Shown here: in pieces, positions 8,866 to 16,475 of the stretch | Layout: each line of letters opens with the position of its first letter | Numbering within the stretch: position 1 is the stretch's first letter | Source: Mycoplasma sp. CAG:611 | GTDB taxonomy: Bacteria; Bacillota_I; Bacilli_A; RF39; UBA660 | Length of the DNA stretch: 44,582 bases | Assembly: GCA_000434175.1 (NCBI GenBank) | Contig: HF999802.1 | Coordinates: 26,618 to 71,199 of the forward strand | Direction: 5' to 3' | Notes under the pieces: generated by a model | What the model saw: only the letters and a program-made list of their open reading frames with translations | Database searches by the model: none | Told to the model about the DNA's origin: nothing | Made by a program: the position numbers and the translations under genes

Positions 8866-9870
8866 ATGAATGCTAAAGAAATTAGTAAAAGTAAATATTT
8901 AGATTTTGTTGAAGAAAAATTTAAGGCTTGTTTTAATGAAAAAGGATATGTTGAAGAACCAGCAGTTAATGTTACTTCCAAAATTGATCCAACAGTTGAC
9001 TTTATAGGTTCTAATATTTCACCATTAAAAAAATACTTAGATAATGAAGAATATGGTGATATAGGAAGATACATTGTGCAGGAATGTATGAAATATAAAT
9101 CATTTAAATATCTGAAAACTGATGTTCCACAAAAATTTGGCTGTTATTATAGAGGAATGGGAATAATAGCAAAACCAGATTTAGAAACAGTTGTTAAAGA
9201 TACTTTTGATTATTTAACTGATGAAAAATATTTAAACATTCCTCCTAAAGATCTTTGTATAAAGATTAGTTCTAAGGATGATGATTTAGTAAAGGCAACT
9301 GAAATTATCGATGGTGAAATAACTCGTTTAGTTGAGCAATCAAGCACTGAACATTATAGGCATCAATACGGCATGGATGAAAAAAATATTTTTGGAAGAG
9401 ATTTTAATATAGGCCTTAGAAAAAAAGACACAAATGAGTTTTTGAATTTTGCTGCTTTTGTTGTTATGGAAAATAATGATAGAAAGTTAGCTATTGATAT
9501 GGGGATTAGCAATTTAGTTTTATCTATGTGTAAATTTGGTACAAGTTCTACAGTAGCTAGTTCAAGAATTGCAGATTTTCTTGACATAGATTGTATTATA
9601 AAAGAAAAATTTGCAGATGCATTAGTTGCTGTATCAATTTTATTGAAAGAAGATATCACCAATCATAGATCTAAACATTTAAGAATGAAATTTAATCAAT
9701 ATTTACGTGTATTAAATTATTGGAATGAACAATTACAATATACTAACGAAGATGTAGTTAATTTAATTGTAAATTATTTAACTGCAGAATATCATTCTTG
9801 CTTTGAGCAAAGAAAAGATGAATTTTATAAAGTATTAACTTTGCAAAAAAAACGTATGGGTATAAAATAG
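8866..9870 (+). CDS. Stand-alone alanyl-tRNA-synthetase catalytic-core-like protein (divergent, possibly non-canonical)
   Basis: A by-eye alignment to the AlaRS N-terminus holds along the whole length. KEISKSKYLDF..IDPTVDFIGSNISPLKKYL matches AEIRQAFLDFF..NDPTLLFTNAGMNQFK. AIDMGISNLVLSM matches VDTGMGLERIAAV. ADALVAVSILLKEDI..HLRMKFNQYLRVL matches ADHIRSCAFLIADGV..YVLRRIIRRAVR. Confidence 0.5.
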   Translation: MNAKEISKSKYLDFVEEKFKACFNEKGYVEEPAVNVTSKIDPTVDFIGSNISPLKKYLDNEEYGDIGRYIVQECMKYKSFKYLKTDVPQKFGCYYRGMGIIAKPDLETVVKDTFDYLTDEKYLNIPPKDLCIKISSKDDDLVKATEIIDGEITRLVEQSSTEHYRHQYGMDEKNIFGRDFNIGLRKKDTNEFLNFAAFVVMENNDRKLAIDMGISNLVLSMCKFGTSSTVASSRIADFLDIDCIIKEKFADALVAVSILLKEDITNHRSKHLRMKFNQYLRVLNYWNEQLQYTNEDVVNLIVNYLTAEYHSCFEQRKDEFYKVLTLQKKRMGIK

Positions 9871-9902
9871 ATTATTATATAATAATAAGTATGGAGGATA
9901 AA

Positions 9903-10607
9903 ATGAGATTATTTTTAGCTAGTAATATTGGGGGTATAAAAAAGGAAAATGGTAATAAAATGCCAGTAAAATTTTTTGAAGATAATAAATTTTTAAAAAA
10001 TATGAAAGAAAGCATAAAGGATTACAATAAATTTGTTATTATTGCGAGTGATCCTGACAATTACGAATTAAACGATAATTATCTAAAACTAGATACAGAA
10101 ATTTTAGCATTATCAGGTCTTAAATTTAAAGAAAGTTTGGTACTTGATAATCGAAATAAAGAAGATATTGGTAATATACTTAAGAATAGTTCACTTATTT
10201 TTCTTAGTGGTGGTAATACATTTCAGCAAAATATGTTTTTAAATGCTATAAAGCTTAAAGATTATATCAAAGAAACTGATGCATGTATTGTTGGGATTAG
10301 TGCTGGCGCAATAAATAGTGCAGAAATTGTGTTTAGTAGTCCTGAAAATGAAAAAGATTTAACTCGTTCTGTCATATTAAAAGGTCTTGCTTTAACTACA
10401 ATTAACGTTGAACCACATTTTGATTTAGATAATCCTAATAAGATTCAAATGGATTCAATAATAAAAGAGTCAAATAATAGGATTATTTATGGGCTTCCAG
10501 ATAAATCGTATATATTTAATAATAAAGTTTATGGTAAATGTTATAGAATTTATAAAGAAAATATTGAACTAATTTCAAATGATGATGAAATAATAGATAT
10601 ATATTAA
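9903..10607 (+). CDS. Peptidase S51 family (dipeptidase E / cyanophycinase-like)
   Basis: FLSGGNTFQQ and VGISAGAINS (the GxSAG nucleophile elbow) are present. I chose the ATG at 9903, 5 nt after GGAGG, over the ATG at 9891. Confidence 0.7.
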   Translation: MRLFLASNIGGIKKENGNKMPVKFFEDNKFLKNMKESIKDYNKFVIIASDPDNYELNDNYLKLDTEILALSGLKFKESLVLDNRNKEDIGNILKNSSLIFLSGGNTFQQNMFLNAIKLKDYIKETDACIVGISAGAINSAEIVFSSPENEKDLTRSVILKGLALTTINVEPHFDLDNPNKIQMDSIIKESNNRIIYGLPDKSYIFNNKVYGKCYRIYKENIELISNDDEIIDIY

Positions 10608-10638
10608 TTAATAATTTTTCTTAAGGAGGTTGATTTAA

Positions 10639-11355
10639 TTGATAATTTCAAATGATTTATTTTATTTAAGTGGTAGTTGTTTTTCTGCGGTAAATAATAA
10701 AAGTATATTAGGCGAAGTATATGGTATAAATACAGGCCAAGGGTTAATATTAATAGATTGTGGAGAGGCTTCAACTGGTCCTGCTATGTTGAAAAAAACA
10801 TTAAAAAAATTTAATATTAATTCGCCTATAACGCATGTCATTCTTACTCATGGACACCACGATCACTGTGGAGGTGCTAAAGAAATGCAAGAGGCAGGTG
10901 CGAAAATTATAGTAGGTGCAGGTGATGCAACTTATTGCAAACAAGGTGGGCCAAAAGGAACACCATATGATATAGAGCAATCATTTCCTGCATTTATTCC
11001 CGATGTAGAAATATCTGTAGACAAAGAAATGATTATAAACGGTATTATGTTTGAATTTATTATGATACCAGGACATACAAATGGAGGAATGGCCATTAGG
11101 GTAAAGGTCGATGGTAAACTTGTTTTGTTTACCGGTGATACATTGGAAGCGGATGGAACTTACTTAGATAAATTTTTATTTGGTTGGGAAGGAGATCCAG
11201 CTTTTAATAAAGAAGAGATTGTTAATAGTATAATGAAATTAGCAAAATATAAAGCTGATATAGTTTTATCTGGCCACGGAAAAATATGCTTAATAAATGG
11301 TACTAAGTTGATCCGTCAAGCAGCAAAAAAAGTGAAAAGCATTCTAAATGTATGA
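10639..11355 (+). CDS. Metallo-beta-lactamase-fold hydrolase
   Basis: HxHxDH motif in VILTHGHHDHCGGA, with later His/Asp ligands (PGHTNGG, TGDT, SGHG). TTG start after GGAGG. Confidence 0.8.
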   Translation: MIISNDLFYLSGSCFSAVNNKSILGEVYGINTGQGLILIDCGEASTGPAMLKKTLKKFNINSPITHVILTHGHHDHCGGAKEMQEAGAKIIVGAGDATYCKQGGPKGTPYDIEQSFPAFIPDVEISVDKEMIINGIMFEFIMIPGHTNGGMAIRVKVDGKLVLFTGDTLEADGTYLDKFLFGWEGDPAFNKEEIVNSIMKLAKYKADIVLSGHGKICLINGTKLIRQAAKKVKSILNV

Positions 11356-12008
11356 TGTGTTTTATTATTGATTTTATTGTATATCGAAAAGAAATTGAGC
11401 CTATTAATTTTTTTGAATTGTAACTATCATCTCTAAAATGTAATATATCATTTGATAAGTATACTGAGAGATTATTATGATTCTCAATTGATTTAGAAGC
11501 AGAGGGCATAAAAATGTAAATTTGATATAAGAAATGCAAAAAGGGTTATGGCATTGGAGTTACAAAATTAGTGCATGAAGAATATACATTAAAAGTTAAA
11601 AAAGCAAGTGAAGAAGTTTTTGGTAATATAGGAAATTTTGAAAATACTGAAATTGCAAGTATTAGAAAACGGTATTATGCTATAGATGTTTAAATGCTAT
11701 CATGAATATTTGAACCTAAAGCGAAATCAATAATATTATTTTCTCAAAAAAGTATCAGTATAAATAGTAAGTTAATAGATGTAAATATGGTAGTTAATTG
11801 TTTATTACATATATATAAGGAATTATGATAGATAATAATTTTAGTATTGAATATAATAAAAAATCATAGAAAATCAATTAAAGAATTTGAATTAAATCAA
11901 ACTACGTGTTTCTTAGCTAATAGTCAAAATAAAAAAATTATGAAACTATTTGTAAAAATTAAAAAGGTGTGGTATCATTTCATCAAGAAGTGATACCACT
12001 CACTATAG

Positions 12009-12542
12009 CAATATTCACATACAAATAAACTTGTTAGGTTTTATGAAGGAGCAGATGGTCTTAAAACGGGTTCAACTACAGATGCTGGAAAATGTATCGC
12101 AGCAACTGCCAAAAGAAATGGTTTAAGACTTATTGCAATAAGTTTAGGATATAAAGATGTAACAACAAGAAATAAAGAAACAATGGATTTACTTGATTAT
12201 GGTTTTAATCAATATGAAATAAATATGCTTTATGAAAAAGATAAAAAAGTAGGAACAGTTAATGTAGATAAGGTAAATGAAAAAATAGATTTATATGCTA
12301 AAGAAGATATATTTATATTAAAAAAGAAAATAGATGAAAGTATTTCTTATCAATATGAAATAGTTTTAGATAATGTTAGTTATCCAATTAAAAAAGGTCA
12401 AAAAATAGCAACACTTTATGTAAAAGACAATAATACAATAGTAAAAAAATCTCCTTTAGTAGTAAATAAAGATATAAATAAGATGAGTATATTAAAGTTA
12501 TATTTTTATAACTTAAAAGACATTCTAGCAGGATTAAATTAA
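12009..12542 (+). pseudogene. 3' fragment of a D-alanyl-D-alanine carboxypeptidase (PBP5/DacB/DacF type)
   Basis: The frame opens after the TAG at 12006-12008 and reads HTNKLVRFYEGADGLKTGSTTDAGKCIAATAKRNGLRLIAISLG...LLDYGF, which includes the KTG motif and C-terminal domain. The SxxK and SxN parts are absent from the window. Confidence 0.7.
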
Positions 12543-12565
12543 GACAAGTTATTTGTCTTTTTTTA
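12541..12565 (+). terminator. Rho-independent terminator after the dac fragment
   Basis: Stem aagacaa/ttgtctt with a 5-nt loop, followed by a T-run. Confidence 0.6.
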
Positions 12566-12606
12566 ATTTTTATGATATAATACGGTCACTTTAAGGGGAT
12601 GTTTTG

Positions 12607-13059
12607 ATGAATTTTGTAAATAAAGAACATTTTAATATATTTTTAAGAGGATTAACTTATCTTGGACAAGGATTTCAAGGAATATGTTATTTAAATAAAA
12701 ATAATAATATAGTATATAAAGTTTTTCATGAATATATGGATAATGAAAAAGCAGGTTATGATAAAGATTTTTTATTACGATTTAGTAATATTAAAAATAA
12801 TACATTTATATGGCCGACTGATGTTATTTATGTAGAAAATGAATTAGTGGGTTATACAATGCCTTATAAAAACTCTAAAAATCTTTTTCAAATAGATCCT
12901 TTATCTGTTAGTTTAAATGCTTTAGAAAAAGGGATTACAAATATTTTTAAAGATATTAAAATAATAACAGATAACAATGTTACTTTATATGATGTTATGT
13001 ATAATATTATGTATAAAAATGGTAGATTATATGTTGTTGATACTTTAGAACAGGAATAA
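12607..13059 (+). CDS. Protein-kinase-like fold fragment (Gly-rich loop plus VYK), probably C-terminally truncated
   Basis: LGQGFQGICYL...IVYKVF resembles a kinase P-loop with its Lys. The ORF ends where an unrelated histidine-kinase remnant begins. Confidence 0.3.
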   Translation: MNFVNKEHFNIFLRGLTYLGQGFQGICYLNKNNNIVYKVFHEYMDNEKAGYDKDFLLRFSNIKNNTFIWPTDVIYVENELVGYTMPYKNSKNLFQIDPLSVSLNALEKGITNIFKDIKIITDNNVTLYDVMYNIMYKNGRLYVVDTLEQE

Positions 13060-13238
13060 ATAAAGAAGATTTAAACCATATTTTTGAAAGATTTTATAAA
13101 GGAAAAAACACTTCAAGTGATGGTGTTGGTATAGGTCTTTCTCTTGCTAAAACAATTATTGAAACTAATAATGGTAAAATAAGTGTTACATCAAAAGAAA
13201 AATGTTATACAATTTTTGAAATAAAGTATTTTAAATAA
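13059..13238 (+). pseudogene. Histidine kinase C-terminal (HATPase_c) remnant
   Basis: NKEDLNHIFERFYKGKNTSSDGVGIGLSLAKTIIETNNGKISVTSKEKCYTIFEIKYFK carries G1/G2-box-like motifs. There is no start codon and no upstream kinase body. Confidence 0.65.
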
Positions 13239-13297
13239 AATATAATTTGCAAATATACTTTATAAATGATATTATAAGTGTGTAAAGAGGTGATTTT

Positions 13298-14317
13298 ATG
13301 TCTATTGAAGAACGTAAAATAAAAAAAGAACTTGAAACGATTAAAAAAACAAAAGAAAAAATAAATAAACATCTTGGAAAGTTAATTGCTAAAAAAATAG
13401 ATAAAGAAAAAATTGAAGATAAAAAGGAATTAACTGACCTTTTTAAGGCAAGAAGTGGTTGTTTATCTTGTATGAATATATCACTTTATAGATATAATAT
13501 TACAAATTTTAAACGAAAAATAAAAAATAATGGTATTACTATTCCAAATGATAATTTTTTAAATCTTTTAAATTATAAACATTTACTTTATTATAGGTCA
13601 ATGCTTAATAAATTTTATAATAATGTTTTAAAAATAAAAGAATTTGATGAAGCAGGATTAGGAGCGCTTGCAGCAAAGTGTGGTGTTGATGCTAGAACTT
13701 ATTTTTATGATCATGAAAATATTACTCCTTTAGAAGATTTAGAAAAATATTTTAGTGAAAAATACCAAAAGAAAGTGGAACTAGTGCCTAAAGAAAATCA
13801 TGAAACAGTTGTTTATGATGTACCTAATAATACTGTACTTGTTAAAACTTCTGAAGTTTTAATTGGAATAACAAATAGTGAAACAAAAGAAGAACTATAT
13901 GAAAAAATAGAAAATCTTAAAAAAGAAATAATAAATAATTTAAGTTATATTCCAGGTATTAAAAATGATTATGCTTTTTATAATAGTTTATATAATCAAA
14001 TAGTAAAAAAAGTATATAATAGAGATGTTAATGAAATAATAAACACTTTAAATAATAGAAAAGATATTCCTATTAAAATATCTTCTTTAATTAGTGTTAT
14101 GCCTATAAAACATTTAACTTATTTTTATAAAGCACTTGAAGAACTTAATAATTATATAATAAGTAAAAGAAATATTGTTAATTCTAACGTTGTAAATAGT
14201 TTATATGATATGGCTGTTTCAAATGGTGTTAAAGTACACGATACAATTTCTAAAGAAAGTAAAACAACACCATATCAAGATCTTGTAAGTGAAGTTAAAA
14301 AAGGAGGACATAAATGA
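13298..14317 (+). CDS. Hypothetical protein, translationally coupled to fmt (ATGA overlap)
   Basis: A long ORF with an AGAGGTG RBS and a Lys-rich N-terminus. No motif was recognised. Confidence 0.5.
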   Translation: MSIEERKIKKELETIKKTKEKINKHLGKLIAKKIDKEKIEDKKELTDLFKARSGCLSCMNISLYRYNITNFKRKIKNNGITIPNDNFLNLLNYKHLLYYRSMLNKFYNNVLKIKEFDEAGLGALAAKCGVDARTYFYDHENITPLEDLEKYFSEKYQKKVELVPKENHETVVYDVPNNTVLVKTSEVLIGITNSETKEELYEKIENLKKEIINNLSYIPGIKNDYAFYNSLYNQIVKKVYNRDVNEIINTLNNRKDIPIKISSLISVMPIKHLTYFYKALEELNNYIISKRNIVNSNVVNSLYDMAVSNGVKVHDTISKESKTTPYQDLVSEVKKGGHK

Positions 14318-15246
14318 AAGATAAAAAAGTAGTATTTATGGGGACTCCAAAGTTTTCTTTAAATGTTTTAGAAAGCTTAATAGAAAATTGTAATGTAATC
14401 GCAGTAGTAACTCAACCTGATAAAGAAGTAGGAAGAAAACATGTTTTAACAATCAGTCCTGTAAAAGCTCTTGCTTTAAAACATAATATTAAAGTATTAC
14501 AACCAAGAAAATTAAGAAATGAATATCAAGATATAATAGATTTAAACCCTGATGTTATTATAACATGTGCCTATGGTCAAATTCTTCCTTATGAACTTTT
14601 AAGTTATCCTAAATATAAAACAATCAATGTTCATGCATCCCTTCTTCCTAAATTAAGGGGAGGAGCACCAATTCAAAGAGCAATTATGGATGGGTATAAA
14701 AAAACAGGAGTAACTATTATGCGTACTGAAGTTGGCATGGATGATGGAGATATGATATCATCTTATGAAATAGAAATAAAAGATGATGACACTTATGAAA
14801 CATTAAGTTCTAAACTATCTATTGTAGGAAAAGAATTACTTATTAAAACACTTCCAAGTATTTTTGATGGAACATGTAAATATATAAAACAAAATGAAGA
14901 TGAAGTTACTTTTGCTAAAATTATAAAAAAAGAAGATGAATATTTAAATTTTAATGATACAACAATTAATATATATAATAAAATAAGGGGACTTTCTCCT
15001 GAACCTTGTTGTTATTTTAATTTAAATAATGAAAGAGTTAAAATATATAATGCTAAAATAGGAAATTTTAAAGCTTCTTCATATGGAAAAATAACTAATA
15101 TATCAAAAGAAGGATTAGGAATAAGTACAAATGATGGTGAGATCATTATAACTAAACTTCAATTTCCTGGTAAAAAAGTAATGGAATTTAAAGATTATTT
15201 AAATGGTATAAAAAAAGAAGACTTAATTAATAAAAAAATTAATTAG
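14314..15246 (+). CDS. fmt: Methionyl-tRNA formyltransferase
   Basis: VVFMGTPKFS, VVTQPDK..GRK, NVHASLLPKLRGGAPIQRAI and the C-terminal domain are present. Confidence 0.9.
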   Translation: MKDKKVVFMGTPKFSLNVLESLIENCNVIAVVTQPDKEVGRKHVLTISPVKALALKHNIKVLQPRKLRNEYQDIIDLNPDVIITCAYGQILPYELLSYPKYKTINVHASLLPKLRGGAPIQRAIMDGYKKTGVTIMRTEVGMDDGDMISSYEIEIKDDDTYETLSSKLSIVGKELLIKTLPSIFDGTCKYIKQNEDEVTFAKIIKKEDEYLNFNDTTINIYNKIRGLSPEPCCYFNLNNERVKIYNAKIGNFKASSYGKITNISKEGLGISTNDGEIIITKLQFPGKKVMEFKDYLNGIKKEDLINKKIN

Positions 15247-15674
15247 TCTTTTTTTCTTACTCTGTATAATTTGTTTTCATTATTTAATATAGGTTTATAA
15301 ATATTTATATTTTCTTCTTTTTTAATTGTATTTTTATAGTACTTAATATTATCTATTTCTTTTTTTAAGGATTTTATTTTCTGTTCTTCCTTTAGATATA
15401 TTTTATAATTTATATTATCTCCGATAAAATAAGTAATAACGTCAGTTACAACGATAGAACAAAAAGTTGATAGATATCTTAATATATCTATTAAGACATT
15501 ATGATATTTATTAAACAGACTAATATTAGAAAATTTAATATAAATTAGTATATCTATAGTAAGTATTAATAACCATAAACAAGTATTAATATTTTTAGCT
15601 TTTTTTTCTTGGTTTAATTTAAGCTTTTTTATTTCAACATTTAATTTATTTATTTTTTCTTCATATATATTCAT
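15243..15674 (-). CDS. Hypothetical membrane protein (coiled-coil ends, two TM helices)
   Basis: The ORF has TM segments CLWLLILTIDILIYI and LSTFCSIVVTDVITYFI. It converges on fmt with a 4-nt overlap. Confidence 0.45.
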   Translation of the reverse strand: MNIYEEKINKLNVEIKKLKLNQEKKAKNINTCLWLLILTIDILIYIKFSNISLFNKYHNVLIDILRYLSTFCSIVVTDVITYFIGDNINYKIYLKEEQKIKSLKKEIDNIKYYKNTIKKEENINIYKPILNNENKLYRVRKKD

Positions 15675-15729
15675 ATAATTTTCCTTTCTTAAGATATTAT
15701 ATTAACTTATATTATTAAAATAAGCAATC

Positions 15730-16356
15730 TTAAAAATTAATTTTTATTATTTTGTTATGTATTTCAATAAATTCATCTTCTTTTAAATATTTTATTTCTC
15801 TCATCAAAGCGCTTCTATCAACTGCTAAGTATTCTGCTAGAGATGTAAAGTTTAAAGACATTTTAAATTTCTTTGAATTTTTTTTATTTGCTTCAAATTT
15901 AAAATATTCTAAAAGTTTTTCACGAATTGTTTTTTTTGTTAATATTTGAATCCTTTCATAAGTAAAATTTAATTTATCAATTACAAGCGTTAGGATATTA
16001 TTTATAAGAATATTATGATAATAACAATTTTTTTCACATTTATTAATTATTTTATCATAAGAAATTAAGGTTATTTCGGTATCTTCAAGAGCAATTAAAG
16101 ATAGCTCATTATTAATTAAATTAAACATCTTTGCTTCAAAAATATCATTCTCTTTTAAATTTTCAATTATTGTTTTATTACCATTGTAATCAATTCTAAT
16201 TATACTTGCACTACCTTTAGTTATAATACTTAAGATATTAGTATTTGAAGCATTATTAATAATTGTAGATCCTTTTTTAAAAGATATGTTTTTAGCATCC
16301 AAACATTTTAATAGTTTTTCTAAATCTTTTTCATTAATTCCATTAAAAATATTCAT
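15730..16356 (-). CDS. Crp/Fnr family transcriptional regulator
   Basis: A cNMP-binding-like N-terminal domain and a C-terminal HTH (SLAEYLAVDRSALMREIKYL). I chose the ATG at 16356 (MNIFNGINEKD) behind an AGGAAGG RBS rather than the longest ORF. Confidence 0.75.
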   Translation of the reverse strand: MNIFNGINEKDLEKLLKCLDAKNISFKKGSTIINNASNTNILSIITKGSASIIRIDYNGNKTIIENLKENDIFEAKMFNLINNELSLIALEDTEITLISYDKIINKCEKNCYYHNILINNILTLVIDKLNFTYERIQILTKKTIREKLLEYFKFEANKKNSKKFKMSLNFTSLAEYLAVDRSALMREIKYLKEDEFIEIHNKIIKINF

Positions 16357-16406
16357 AAATAAACCTTCCTTTACACTTTCTAAATAAATTATAACAAAAA
16401 TTGTAA

Positions 16407-16426
16407 ATTGTTGCAAATGCAACAAT
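16407..16426. promoter_or_regulatory. Perfect 9-bp inverted repeat (ATTGTTGCA-aa-TGCAACAAT), candidate Crp/Fnr-type operator for the nrd promoter
   Basis: It lies in the divergent intergenic region. Its centre is about 41 nt upstream of the start site predicted from the extended -10 TGgTAAACT (16443-16451). Confidence 0.4.
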
Positions 16427-16475
16427 AAGTATTTGTTTTTTATGGTAAACTTTAATCATAGACACAGTAGGGCAG

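Larger units (their letters stand above)
1..12008. mobile_element. Integrated serine-recombinase element; the right junction truncates a DD-carboxypeptidase gene and the left boundary lies outside the window
   Basis: A recombinase gene sits at the left edge, followed by accessory HTH and sigma genes and a cargo operon. The dac reading frame opens abruptly at 12009 with no N-terminal half. Six of eight starts inside are GTG/TTG, which is rare outside. Confidence 0.55.

Noticed and set aside
11303-11539. A 78-aa minus-strand ORF at the end of the cargo operon.
   Set aside because: It overlaps the 3' end of the MBL gene antisense, has no RBS and has no recognisable motif. It is probably a chance ORF.
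11526-11692. An open frame without a start codon reading ...KGYGIGVTKLVHEEYTLKVKKASEEVFGNIGNFENTEIASIRKRYYAIDV-stop. This is a possible C-terminal gene remnant near the island end.
   Set aside because: I cannot assign it to any family by eye, and it has no start or RBS. It is noted only as possible debris, and TBLASTN/BLASTX would settle it.
13298-14317. Possible peptide deformylase upstream of fmt, because of a GCLS tetrapeptide.
   Set aside because: It has no HExxH metal motif, it is twice the length of def, and there is no other def-like segment. The GCLS match is coincidental.
15752-15949. A 65-aa plus-strand ORF, and the 98-aa minus-strand ORF at 16343-16639.
   Set aside because: The first is antisense within the Crp/Fnr gene. 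The second spans the regulatory region and the nrdD-like start antisense. Neither has an RBS.
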